Shown: positions 38,216 to 51,156 of the stretch, piece after piece
How the letters are laid out: each line of letters opens with the position of its first letter
Position numbering within the stretch: position 1 is the first letter of the stretch
DNA from: Amphiscolops sp. MND2022
Lineage: Eukaryota
Direction of reading: 5' to 3'
Length of the DNA stretch: 64,000 nucleotides
NCBI GenBank assembly: GCA_964187785.1
Contig: OZ076409.1
Location: 60,762,001-60,826,000 of the forward strand
Position numbers and translations under genes: made by a program
Notes under the pieces: generated by a model
Told to the model about the DNA's origin: nothing
Databases searched by the model: none
The model's input: the letters and a program-made list of their open reading frames with translations, nothing else

Positions 38216-39389
38216 CTGCAGACCAAGTTCTAGATTTTCAACTATTTAGTGGAACTTTAATTCCATTCGAGAGAAAGTAGTTAAGGGGCTGTAGACTCTG
38301 GCATTTTTTGCTGCTCATTCAAATGTGATTGTTCAATTCTACTTTTTCAATTTCAACTGCACTGTGATGATAATCGAACAGCAGTCATGAAAAAATCTTT
38401 TTACGCAGACATCGGGTTTTGTCATGAATCTTGAGCGTCTTCAATTAAATGAAATCGATCGACTGAACATCAATCCACTTTCGATTAATCGCCGCTAATT
38501 ATTCACGTCAGGTCTGACAACATGTTTTGTCGTGAAAATTTTAGCCTTATCGGGATTTTGTTGTAGTCTTTCTTTACGTTAATCAATACACGAGCGTCAC
38601 GTTTTGATGTACTGATAATTTTATAAAATTTATAAATAAGTCCTGAGAATGTTGGATCTGATTTTTGTCGATTCTAGACTCAACTGACTGACAGTTTTTT
38701 TCCACATGGCGAATGCTCAAACTTCCAAACAATTTTTGTATTTCTTCGTATCTAGGATATAAAAATCCAGTTTTTGTGACCATCAATGTAAAACATCAAT
38801 TTTTCATGCCAATTTTGTCCTCAGATACGTGGAAATTCGGTTTGAACATCGCTACTTCAGAATTAGCTAAAAGCTTTTGAATTGTTTGTTTGTATCGAAG
38901 ATTTTTTCACAGGAACTCATAACTTAGTTTGGTTTCAGCACAAACAACTGTTTAAACGTTTTTATAATTCGTGAATTTTGTTCTTTCGGTTTTGTATCAC
39001 ATGTCCAAAAAGGTTAGTTTTTCATGTTTGTGTTTTTTGACGATTCCCTTTGTTTTATTGCTAATGAAATCGCTGAAATGTTGGAACGCGATCGCTTGAT
39101 AATTGATTAGCGGTGTCAAATGCCTGTTGAAGTTCTTGGAAACTGAAACTCCGACGCTTCGAACTCGCCGTATTCAAGTAGTTTTTCTGACCTTCTGCTC
39201 ATAGATTTTGAGTGTCTGGCTTAGGTTTCAGTCGAGTTTCATAAAGTTTTATAGAAAGTTTGACATCGACAAAAACATTATCATCAGGATATTCTCTGAC
39301 GATTCCTATTTGGATTACGATAACATTTGTCGTAATCAGTCATTCGTCAAACTGTTTGTTGGTGACTATTTTAGTTCAATACAATTACA

Positions 39390-39926
39390 TTTTTAGTCGG
39401 CGCATTTTCCTTTAAGGAAAAAAGCCCGACTATTACAGTGGCTAGTTTTTTTTTCGTCAGACCACAGAGCTCATCGCGTGTGTACCACCTTTTACAGAAA
39501 CTGATAAGTTCACTCAGGCCAAGTTCGACCAATGCAAACTTACTGCAAAGGGTCCCCCCTTTCATTTTTTACCTTTTTTACGTAACCTACAAAACCGGAA
39601 GACTCCAAAGGGTCCCCCCTTTCAATTTTTTTTCGGCACTGTGCGAATTTTTTTTCGAAAATTTTTAATTTTTCAAAAGAGTCCCCCCTTCGGATTTTTT
39701 GATATTTTGCAACAGAAAGTATGTTAATGAATCCCAAAGGGTTTCAATTTTTTTTGTTTCCAGTCGAGAAAAGTGATTTTCCAGTCATATCGAGCATGAA
39801 AGGCACACTTTGGGTGTCTCGAAAGTGTTTTCAAAGCTTTTCATGAATACATCCTGAGCATATTTAGAAAACCCGAGCTTTTTGAGCCTTAGATATAGCG
39901 CCGACTTTAGACGTTCCCGTCTTGTT
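39390..39926 (+). mobile_element. HINE family 1, full copy
   Basis: TTTTTAGTCGGCGCATTTTCCTTTAAGGAAAAAAGCCCGACT ... GCGCCGACTTTAGACGTTCCCGTCTTGTT. Confidence 0.8.
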
Positions 39927-40065
39927 GTTCTGTATATTTATGAAGCATTTCTCGTGGATGCTTTCTGTAACAAAAAGTGCGCGACTTTCACAGTTACATT
40001 TTCAATTTTTTCGACCACAGGAAACACACACGCCTGTTTTTAGCACAATTTCGCGACAAAGTCCC

Positions 40066-40137
40066 GTCACTTGGCCTAGTGGTTAGAATGCATGCTTTGC
40101 AAGCCGAACATCGAGAGTTCAAATCCCAAGAGGGCCT
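40066..40137 (+). repeat. tRNA-Ala-like Pol III head (SINE-like)
   Basis: A box TGGCCTAGTGG; TAGAATGCATGCTTTGCA resembles the tRNA-Ala(TGC) anticodon arm; B box GAGTTCAAATCC. Confidence 0.6.
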
Positions 40138-40281
40138 GAAATTTTATCATGGATTTTTCGGTCTTGTGCAGCTTTGAAAATTTTCTTTGATTTTTTTGTA
40201 TGGGTTTCTTGAAGTTTTCATTTAAGATGATGGTTTTTCGAGCCCAACTTCATGGAAATTTTTCTAGAACTCCCTTGGCGG

Positions 40282-40904
40282 TTTTTTTAGTCGGCGCCTT
40301 TTCCTTTAAGGAAAAAAGCCCGACTATTACAGCGGCTAGTTTTTTTTCTTTTTTTTTCGTCAGACCACAGAGCTCATCGCGTATGTACCACTTTTTACAG
40401 AAACTGATAAGACTACTCAGGCCAAGTCAGGCCAATGGAAACTTAGTGCAAAGGGTCCCCCCTTCATTTTTTACCTTTTTACGTAACCTACAAAACCGGA
40501 AGAGACCAAAGGGTCCCCCTTTCAATTTTTTTTCGGGACTGTGCGAAATTTTTTTCGAAAATTTTTTAAGATCTCAAAAGTGTCCCCCCTTCGAGTTTTT
40601 TGATATTTTGCAACAGAATGTATGTTAATGAATCCCAAAGGGTCCCCCTTTTCATTTTTCGGCACTATGCGACATTTTCGAAGTTTTTTTTTCAAAAAAA
40701 AATTCAAAAAAATTTTCAAATTTTATTTTGTTCCCAGTCGGGAAACAGTGATTTTCCAGTCATATCGAGCATGAAAGGCACACTTTGGGTGTCTCGAAAG
40801 TGTTTTCAAAGCTTTTCATGAATACGTCCTGAGCATATTTAGAAGACTTTGCGCTTCTTGAGCCTTAGATATAGCGCCGACTTTAGACGTTCCCGTCTTG
40901 TTTT
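40282..40904 (+). mobile_element. HINE family 1, full copy (close relative of 39390-39926)
   Basis: Same termini and internal sequence with an extra core unit; a further orphan 3' end follows at 40908-40948. Confidence 0.8.
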
Positions 40905-41006
40905 CTTTTAAGCGGGCGCCGACTTGAGACGTTCTCGTCTTTTTTTTTGTGAATTCAAAGCGTTTTTCATTGTGATATTTTAATATGAATATGGTCTGTT
41001 TTCCAG

Positions 41007-41246
41007 CCCATTTCTCAACTGGCGAGACGTGCAACACATCATCGTGGAGACGAGTGACCAGCCGAACCCCAAGGGCATCTCCTCCTCTGACGACGGAAAG
41101 TGGGCGCTGAACGGGGACGGCAGAACTGTGAGTCATGACCTGGGCTTCGGGGTCATGAATGCTGCCAAGATGGTCATGACCGCCCAGAATTGGACTCAAG
41201 TGCCCCCACGCAAACAGTGTGTTGTCGACACTGTACAAGAGACAAG
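41007..41246 (+). CDS. Proprotein convertase exon (end of catalytic domain)
   Basis: ccag|C...AG|gt; (N)PFLNWRDVQHIIVETS...WALNGDGRTVSHDLGFGVMNAAKMVMTAQNW aligns to furin LTWRDMQHLVV...WATNGVGRKVSHSYGYGLLDA; phase 2-2. Confidence 0.95.
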
Positions 41247-44200
41247 GTACCACCCACTCATAAAGCACTTTGGTTCATGTTCGCATCATTCTTAGAATCC
41301 CTCACCAACCTTCTTGGGTGTCCATTCTTTACAAGGGTCTCAACTTATTTGGACCCAATCTTTCATTTGGATTTTATTTAGTTTCTAATTATCATCACTT
41401 TCCCATCTTCCTTTTTGTACTCATTTCTCAATAATAATAATTTGTCAGTGATTAGTTTCAAATGATTACAATAAGGCTATTGTTTTATGGTATTGGACCA
41501 TAATGCAATAACTAATTAAATTATACTTCGACTTGATCTTTTTACCCATTCAGTTTAATGTGGGGCTATGTTTACTAGGCCAATACTTGAGAGCAAATAG
41601 TTAACAAAAATCAAACTTGGGGCATATGCATATTCCTTACAGAGGCTTTCTAGAAGGGGTTCTCAACATGGTCCGAACATTTAATTCAGGTTTAATGCAT
41701 TCGATCCACAAGTTTTCGCTTTCTGTTGTTTGTGAAAAACATTGTTAATTGTTAAATATTAATGTTACAAGTTACAAGTGGTTAATACAAACTTATGAAA
41801 AAAAATCGTTTTGGGTAACATATTTTTTACTAAAGCTTGCTATTCCAAGTTGTCAGCATTCTGTTGGGCTCTATTTTTCTTCAGCTTCAATTTGGTTCTT
41901 CCGAAAACTTTTCCCTAAAATTTGTGAATCTATAACAAAGTCTATTTTCAAATTTTTCCCCTAGTATCTAACTATAAAGTATAAGGTCGGTACATTCTAG
42001 TTCTAAATACATGATGCTAGTCTTTCTGCATGTGTTGGCCCAAAACATGACCGATTTTTTCACACGAACTATTTCTCTATTTTAATTTGTTTTCTATGAA
42101 ATAAGTGCACCTAGCAATGGCATTGGCATCCACTTGATGCGTATAGAAAAGCGTAAAGCTTAGATTTGGAATATTTGAGGACCATAGGAGTGAAAACCAT
42201 GCAAAGAAGCAGAGGAATGAAAAGAGAAGGAAGGATACAAGAAAAAAAGATGGATGGATTTGGAACAACAGTTGGCAAAGGAAAGCAGAGAGGGAGAGGG
42301 ATACTAGAGTCTGAAGTACTAAAGTTGGGATGAGGGGAATAAATGAGAGAGATTGCGGGAGGGGGGTTGTGAAGGATTGAGGATCGGGATGGGGGATTGA
42401 AAAGATGCTTCTTTCTATAAATGTGTGTGTGTGTGGTTGTGATATAGGGACAGCAGCGTTGCAACAGAGGGGGGCAGTATGTGGTTGGATAGTAGTAGTG
42501 CACTTTTGGGAATTGAAGTATTTAATGAAAGTTTAACTCTGTGCTGCTGCTTGTGTGTGAGTTAGTATGGCCAGTATAGGGGTATACGCACTGATGTGCA
42601 GTGATGGACAGTTTGGTGCAGGTATTGCTCGGTATTAAAGGGATCAAAATTCAAATTGCTTCAAATTCCACATAATCTCACCACCGCACACTACCCACGA
42701 CCCGACCGACCACACAAGACACGCTCAAGAAGTCACGCAACAAAAAGTACTATTGCTCACTCTTTGTGTGTAGAAAATGTAAGGAAAAAGACAAGACAGA
42801 AACAGTCTTGAAGTACACCCTCATACACTCACAACCGAAATCCTGAAAGATATTCCAGTCAAGAGGTCTCCACAGTAAGTATCCACGTCAAATTGAGGAT
42901 CGCTGTGATTTTAGCAAAGACTTGACTGAAAGCATTTCTGCTTTTTGGAAAAGCTGGGTTTCGCAAAATTGATGGACATTCATTTTTCGATGACGCTTGA
43001 GAAAAGGTTTGAGTGAGAGTGTTGAATAATGCCATTTCTGTGACCGGTAAGTCCAGGTGTCATCTAGAAAAATAACTGGTCCAAATTATTATAAAAATAC
43101 TATAAAACCAGCTGAAGCCAAATATTATAGAAACAGTTCGTGCTGAAACCGTGTTTGCGTTATGTCTTTGATGATTGAATGCAAAGCAAGTCAAGGGGTT
43201 TCCCCTCCTTTTCAACGAACCCCGTCTTGATTTGGAATGAAGTGACAAATGTTGAGATGAACTATATTATTTTTTTCTTGAGTAATCCCATGCTGAATGA
43301 TCCTTTGATGTCAGTTCCGAAAATGATTAGATTATTCTGACCGACAGAAGTGAGGAAAGTACTCAAACTTCGTGCTTTCGTGGAGATTCTGTTATGTAAA
43401 AGAAGGGGATTGTATACTTTGAAACCTGTAATCGCAGGTCATGTGTACGTTTATAAAACAGGAATGTCTTGAGCGTGCTCATGTGAAAAAGGAGTAAGTC
43501 TTTCAGTCTTAACGTCTGGCACCAATTCTGCTCCCAATTCTGTCAGATTTTGGTGAAAGCAGATTTCATCATAATCCGCACATACTTCATAAACGTTTAG
43601 TACGAAATTAACATCTCATCCTTTTTTAGTTAACGCATTTTAGAAGAAAATGTGCCGGATTGTTACTGGACTTCTTTCAGAGATCTCAGCCTTCCCTTTG
43701 ACGTTTGTTTGAACAATTTTACCTTATCTACGAAACTATATTGTACCACAGGGCCTGGCCTCCCTTTTGTTTTTTCGGCACTGTACTTTTAGAAACTTCT
43801 TTGAAAAAATTCCACTGTTCATGGCTTCCACTGAGCAGGGCGTTGACTTTAGAGGTTCTCGTCTTGTTTCTACTAATTTTGCCATGTACGAAAAATTATC
43901 TTTGTAATAATTTTTCCAATTAAATTCCGACCTTTAAAATAATGTATGATGGTGAAATAATTGATGGCGGAAAGCTGGGTGGTTAGGTTAGCAGGCGTCT
44001 TATTTCAACGAAGAACTCGAAAATCAAATTGTAGTTCATTGACATGAATTTTTTTCTGGCTGTCGAACTTTTTCAATTGCATGGAAGGTTGATTTCTTCC
44101 ATCGTCAATGTCGCTCATAAATCTGGACTTAAAAATTAAGTTCGATGTACGTGTGTTGTAGCAATTGATTTTTTAAGTGGATGGACTATTATATATAAAA

Positions 44201-45361
44201 GCTGTATGGATTAGATCTCAAATAAGCTGTCAAAAGTTATATTTTGACATCAAAATGTTATTGTAATTGTGGGAAATTTACCCCCCGCGTTTGTTTCTCT
44301 ACAATGCTATAAAACAAGCGTTAAGTATTAACGGTGATTTAACATAACAATATAATTTAACTAATAAAAAGTGCCATGAGAACCAAGTCTCAAAATCCTA
44401 TCTGAACGCTACTGCGCTTGATGATTGAGTTATTAACAAAATAGAGGAAACCTCTTTTTACATCGTAAGCAAATTAACAATTCATCAATAATAAGAAATA
44501 ATTTCAATTTTTTTGTAAAGAAACGAAGTTTGAAAGTTTGCAGCTCAACAGTTGTTGGCTTAAAAGTAGGTATAAGTAAATATTAGTTTTGGGAGTGTTT
44601 CCGTAGTGAACCTTTTTGCACATGACGAAGTCAATGTGCATTGAAGTCCAGCTAAGTAAGTTTTTCATAATGTTTTATCAAAATATCGCTTTTTAATCCA
44701 ACTCATCTAATCAAAATCTTTTTTCTTTTAAAAGTTTTTTAATGGCCCATTACTCAACAAATGATTCACAGGCCGAGCAATAAACTCTTTGCAAAACAAT
44801 AAAACAGCTCGAAAGTATCCTTTTTTTATAACTTAGTTATCAATAGATCACGCGGCCGAAATCGAATGTAATTAATCACGCATTGATTAGTTCGATAGAT
44901 AAACCTCGATGAAGCTATGTGAATAACCAGACTTTTCGGGATCAATTTCGTCTCGATTGAAGTCGTAAGAAAAGAAAATCAAAGGTAATTTCTTGAAAAT
45001 TTTCGAATTGTTCATTTTTTTTCAAAAAAAAATGTGCAACTTGATTAAAGGTGAATCCGGTTTCAATGAAGAATTTTTCATATCCTCAAATTAAGCCTGA
45101 AATAGGCATTGAAACACGAACAGCTGTTGCCAAAAAATATGAATGTTTTCAAAAAGTTGGGTCAAATGTTATTATAAATAGAGGAAGTTTTCTTTTTTTT
45201 AGCTGTGTTAAACACTGTTACCTACAGAACTACTAATTCTCCCGCTCAACCGAGTTTTGTTTAGGCGAGTATCAGAAGGGATCAGTTAAACGTATTTAGT
45301 TTGAAATTTCCCCTCCTGTTTCAATCGTGCAATTCTTGGGATATCTTTTGATCGTTTTCAG

Positions 45362-45597
45362 GGCCATTCCAGCCATGCCGGGCTCGACCAGTTACAGTGT
45401 GATGGCCGACTGCAGGGCAGTGAAAATACTTGAACACGTGGTGGCCATAGTCAGCTTCAACTGTTCCTACAGAGGCAGTGTGAAGATATCTCTGACGTCA
45501 CCATCCAACTTCACCTCTCAGCTGATGGTACCCCGACCCAAAGATAACAGCACCGCGTCTGTTGATAAGTGGCCCTACGTCAGTGTCCTACACTGGG
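45362..45597 (+). CDS. Proprotein convertase P-domain exon
   Basis: tcag|G...G|gtgagt; LEHVVAIVSFNCSYRGSVKISLTSPS...PRPKD...WPYVSVLHWG matches the P-domain pattern; phase 2-1. Confidence 0.95.
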
Positions 45598-45835
45598 GTG
45601 AGTTCACAGTTCTTCGTGTGATTACCGCTCTCGCATATTTCTGCCAATACCTGAGGTTTGTCACAGCTAATTAGGGATTTCGCTGCCGCGCCGGAATTTT
45701 TAACCGATTCAAATTAGCGTCATCTGAGGAAAATGTCCAAGTTTCTTCAGTACGCACGGAAAACTTTTTTCCTTGAAAAATCCACACAATACGAAAAATT
45801 CTAGTCTTTCTTGAAAAAATTAAATTGTCATTCAA

Positions 45836-47742
45836 CCCTAAATGAACCATTGGGACGTATTCGTCCCAGTTAGTTTCCGCAAACGAACCAGCTGACTGTA
45901 TGGTAAAAAACTCTTGAACATCTTTTTAGAACATTTCAAGAAGCTTAACAGTGTCTCGACCCCCAGTCATAATGATTGTAACATATCGTATGAAGTTATT
46001 GATAACTCCAATTTGAATAAAACGATTTCGCTCGATGAAGTGAAGTGTAGTTTGAAGAAAATTCGTAATCGTGAATCAGCTGGTCATGATGATGTTTTCC
46101 CGGAATTCCTTAAATATGCCAACGACGCTATCGTGAATCTTCCAACATTTTTCTTCAATAAGGTTCTAGTAAGTGGCGTTGTCCCTGATGACTGGGGCCT
46201 TTCCATCTACCGTCCTCTCCATAAAAAAGGGGATAGGTGAAATCCAAATATCTAGAGGTATCCCTCACCAGTTGTCTTTGTAAGATATTTACGCCTCTCA
46301 TTGTCGACCGAATTCAACGCGACCTGGAAAATGAGCAGCTCCTTGGTCGGGAGCAAGCAGGATTTAGGTAACATGTATGGTGTTTTGATCACGCTTTTGT
46401 CCTACACGCCATAATATCGACCTACCTAATGAATAAAGAGACTATTTGTAACATTTGTTGATTATGAGAAATCCTTCAATCGTGTTGAACACTCTTTGAA
46501 AAACTTGGACAACATGATATTAATGGTAAAGTTTTGTCGGTGATAAGAAATCTATATCAAAAGACTAAAGCCTGCGTGGATGTTAACGGATCGCCTACAG
46601 ACGTTTTCGATTTTCGGGTAGGAGTGATGCAGGGCGACAACCTCTCACCCTTCTCTTTATCATTTTTTAATTACTTCGAAAACTACGTCAGCTCTAAAAT
46701 GCAAGGTATTACCCTAGAGGATTCCAACTTGCAGACGTTTTTGAAGCGTTATGTACTGTTGAATGCTGATGATACTCTACTTTTCAATCATGGTAAGTGA
46801 TGCTTCAAGTGAACCCAGTATGTGAAAATTACCGCCTATATAAGCATCGACTAGAACTCCAACGATATTTGAAAATATATAGAGGTCCTGAAAGAGTGAA
46901 ATTAACCAATTTTAGGTGTTCGTCTGCTGCTTTACCAACTGTTAAAATAGTGTTACGCAACTCCTTGATAGAAACTTGTCCCTATGTGGGTCGTATCGTG
47001 TTCCGGGCGAATACCATCTGTTATTGAACTGTAGGTTTGTTAGCGCTAAACGTCAAGAGCTTTTGCCAATTTATTACTTGACTCACCTTAATTTAATAAA
47101 GTATGACCAGCTGATGAATACGTCTAATGGAACTCTTCTGATGAATATCCCAAATCTTGTCCAATACATTATAATTTGTTGCACCAGTTCTGATGAATAT
47201 TTGTAAGCTGTTATTTGTACGCCTTCGGGCAACAAAATTAATTAACTCTCTCTCACGATTTTCAGAGGATATAACATAACATTGCATGCCCTTTCACGGA
47301 ATATTGATATGGTGTTTCCAAAATCAAGGAAACGAAACCTAAAAATCAAAAAAAATCAGCGCCTATTATCCGTTTTTTTTTCAGTTTTCGTTTATGGCCA
47401 TTTTATCCCACTGGTATTAAGATTAGGTTAAAGTGGCCTTAGCATGTTTTGAAAGATGTTTTGCAGTCGGAAACACGAGGCGTGCAAAGTTTCGGCGCAA
47501 AATCCGGAGCCAGTGCGGCGAAGCTGCACGCCAGCGAAGGACTTCCCGCAGAAAACGCTGCACGCAAGTGGTCCGCTAGCGGGCCCCCAGCCCAAGTAGT
47601 TCAAAAATCAAATTAATAGCCCTGATTGTCTTCTTGCGAACGCGCTGTAAATCGTTTGTCGGACTTGAATATTTTAGGAGATATTACGGTTAAAAGTTTA
47701 AGCACCAGATTTTTGGATGAATATTTCCTGGCCCATTTAGGG
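45836..47742. mobile_element. piggyBac-type MITE interrupted by a LINE
   Basis: TCAA|CCCTAAATGAACCA ... TGGCCCATTTAGGG|TTAA; the halves 45836-45914 and about 47250-47742 are colinear with the intact copy at 48041-48629. Confidence 0.75.
45915..47245 (+). pseudogene. 5'-truncated, internally deleted non-LTR retrotransposon reverse transcriptase (RTE-X/CR1-like LINE)
   Basis: Frameshifted RT motifs SAGHDDVFPEFLK, VPDDW...PLHKKGD, EQAGFR, FVDYEKSF, GVMQGDNLSP, NADD (YADD-like) and C-terminal LTNFRCSS...C..C...EYHLLLNC; stops and frameshifts throughout. Confidence 0.9.
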
Positions 47743-48040
47743 TTAATATCAAAACATTCTTGAAGTAAAAAAGTTGAAGCGAAACAGTGACTTAAACAGT
47801 TTAGCGATTAGTGAAAAAAAATCAGCTATGACAATACCCTGACCAATACCAACAAGTTTACTTCTTTTAAGATTGCTTTCAATTCGTTCAAAATGTATTT
47901 TCACTCGCGTTCCGATCCAGGAAGAGATTTTTCTAATGAGGTTGTTGACATTTTTTAAATCCCAAACGTGTTGGCCGAAGCACCGTTTTTGACTGATCAG
48001 AAATATTTCCACGAACTATCATTAGTGATCACATTATTAA

Positions 48041-48629
48041 CCTTAACTTGGCCAATGTGCCAAATTTGGCACATTTAGTTTCTGCAAATTCTTAATGCAC
48101 CAGCTGATTGTATGGTAAAGCAAACCCTTTAATTAGAGTTTCAGACAATATTGCATAGCATTCGGTGCCTTTTCACGGAAAATTGACGTGATGTCTCCAA
48201 ACTCCAGAAAATGAGGCGAAAAAATCAAAAAAAAATAAGTGCAGATTTTCCGTTTTCCCAGTTTTCGTTTGTGCCCCTTTTATCCCACTGGTATCAACAT
48301 TGGGTCAAAGCGGCCCCAGCATGTTTTGAAACATGCTGAAAAGCAAGCAGAGACACGACGCGTGCAAAGTTTTGGCGCAAAGTTCGGAGCCAGTGCGGCG
48401 AAGCCGCACGCCAGCGGAGAACTTAGCGCAAAAAACTTTGCACGCAAGGGGCCCGCGCTAGCGGGCCCCAAGCATAGCAGTTTATAAATTGATTTGAAAG
48501 CCCCAATGCTCCTCTTTCGAACGCTGTATAAATCGTTTGTCGGACTTGTATAGTTCAGGAGATATTGCGGTTTAAAGTTGAAGCACCCGTTTTTTGGATG
48601 GAACCAGATTTTTCCTGGCCAACTTAAGG
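48041..48629. mobile_element. piggyBac-type MITE, 589 bp, intact
   Basis: TTAA|CCTTAACTTGGCCA ... TGGCCAACTTAAGG|TTAA; internal GC-rich hairpins at 48360-48469. Confidence 0.85.
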
Positions 48630-50775
48630 TTAATGAACATTGTAAACTTCACTTGAACAAGTTCTTTTTTTCAAAATTACCTAGAAAACGACAAAGATGT
48701 AGAGTGAGCCAACATGGGCAAGTGTGAACGGTGGTGGATGAAAAAGATTGCAATCGTGATGATAGACTTGAATGTCTTACATGTGTAAGAGGTATATTTG
48801 GTGCTAGGTGTTTGGCGGGCGGGTGTTAGCTGTAAGAGGGTGTTTGCCTTGCGATTGTTAGATTAGAATCAAATCGCTCGCCCGATGTGTAATTGCAGAT
48901 AGCGATGCGTGTTGGGTGTTGTATTATTTAATGCTTGTCGGAGTAATGTGGGCATAGGATTGAAGAAATAATTACTTTTTGCAATGTATCAATTAGCTTT
49001 GAACAGTGCTCATTCAATGGGTGTCAATATAGCCCCAAGTGCCCTTTTGTGCCCCTGTTGATTTTATCTTCCAGCCACTCTAAAAGTGACGCAAAGTTTT
49101 GTTCACACAGCCGCCGCTAACAATCAATAGCAATACCTTATCGCAATACCTTCCAACTAAACTCACTCCTTTTCCCCATCCACCCCCCTCTCTACTGGAT
49201 ATCTCCCATTTCTCACCTATCCCAAGGTGGACAAATATTTACACTCAACATTTCGTCTTTAAAGATGACTTGACTTCCGCTTTTAGCTATCAATGAGAGT
49301 TATGTTTATTTTGTCAAGTTGGCATCTGCGTAAGAACCGCTACATGCTGTATGCTTGTTTTCCATTAGTATTGAATTGTACTTTCAAAGCCGAACATGGG
49401 CTTGAGTTTTCGGAAAAGCCGAGAATCAAACAAGCCTAAAAGTATACGACCAAATAGCCAAAAAATATACTTCGTGGTTTGTAAAATTTAACGAGCAATT
49501 TGAAATGATTTTTTTGACTCCTTATATCAATTTTGTTATAAAACAGATTCGAGAGAACCCAGAAATGCCCTAAAACACTTCGCGAACGTGTTGTGTAAAT
49601 TGAATACAAAATATTGAACACGCCGTAAATTTGATATCACGTTCGCACGAATTTTTGAGTAATAGTCTGAATTTCTGAAAAATGTTGATTCAAAAGACAA
49701 CTGTTGATCATTGAGATGTTTTCCACCCTGAACTATTTCAGCTAGACAGTAAAACTTCAAGAGTCAATGCATCCATGTTCTGAAAAGTATTTGGATTAAA
49801 TATCATTGTCGTACTTTGCATTTTTAAGAAAGATTCCTGCATAAATGATTGTGCGAAGAAACTAATTGTTTTGTCGTTGAACTCCGTGGACCGAGTATGA
49901 TTTTAGCGCGATTCTGTTGAACTAATTTTTAAGGAAAATATCAAAAATGAGAACATGAAATGGAAGAAAGCGTCGGTCAACTTTCGAGGTTTCCTCAGCT
50001 GATCAGAAACAAGTTTTGCATCTCCTTTTGCTTATGACAACAACCCCTTCAGAGGATAATGTACCTCGACCTATAGCCTGAAGTTGCGTAATCGTTACAC
50101 AATCAATGCTCATCCAGCTATTCGACCTCATTGCAGCCATTAGGATACCTTTTTCCGCTCTTTTTCCCCTCTTTCTTCCGGTCGTATCTTGAGGCAAACT
50201 AGCTGCTGATACTTTAAAGATTCATCTTTCCGGTTTTCTATCTTAGCAAACAATCTTTGGCTTTTCTTCTGGACCCTAGAAATTGAGAAAAAAGTGAGAA
50301 AAAATGTTGCAAAAGAAAGTATGACCAAAATATGCATTTGTTCAAATATTGAATTTTGTGTCAACAGAGTTTTTAGATAAGGTCGAAGAATGGCTTGTTT
50401 TAAAATGTAAAGACTTGATGTTCGCTGTGTTTAAAGGTGGCCGGATTGTACTGTTATCCAGGTTGCTTGTTTGTTTCCCGTTGAGTACCGAGCACCGATT
50501 GATGCTAAGTCAAATCGAAGATGTCCCAGTTTTCGTAATTGAAAATGAGCTATCATAGCAAAGCAAAAAAGGATAAGATGTATGATGTACGTTTTAAAAT
50601 CAATTCTTGTTGTTCCCTGGAATTTGATTAAAAATAGTATTTGTTATGGATTGTAAAAATTATATAAAAATAACTTCACTTATAGAATGTGGGTAGAACT
50701 GTGGCTAGTTAAAAAATGAATGATTCAATTTGGTACATAGTAGCACAAAATTCCTTTTTTCTACACAGCCCGCAA

Positions 50776-51039
50776 GGTAATAAGAAAAAACGTAGCAAGA
50801 AAAAACGTAAAATATGCAAAAGAGAAAAAACGTAGCAAGAAATAACGTATCAAGAAAAAAACATAGCAAGACTCAATAATTTAGGGTAATTACATTAATT
50901 GCAAATCATGATACTATGTATTATTGTATTAAAATATTTATGCTACATTTTTTCCGTTTACGTTATTTCTTGCTACGTTTTTTCTCGTTCGCTATGCTTA
51001 TGCACGTTTTTTCTTGCTATGTTTTTTCTTGTAATCGCC
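50776..51039. mobile_element. Foldback-type MITE with arms built from AAGAAAAAACGTAGC repeats
   Basis: Left arm AAGAAAAAACGTAGCAAG repeats; right arm CTTGCTACGTTTTTTCT repeats; AT-rich spacer. Confidence 0.7.
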
Positions 51040-51156
51040 CACAAAATGGCTGATTTTTAAATGCTATAATGGAAAAACTCTGTCAGCTTGGAGCATTTAC
51101 ATAGGACACGCGTTTCAGAAGTTTCTTTTTGTTTACATTTTTCTATTTTTTTTCAG

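Noticed and set aside
897..40137. Five tRNA-like sequences as functional tRNA genes
   Set aside because: A and B boxes are present but acceptor and anticodon stems do not pair properly, and most are embedded in repeats.
40816..41268. 150 aa antisense ORF, and the ORFs overlapping POU3
   Set aside because: Shadow frames of GC-rich real exons.
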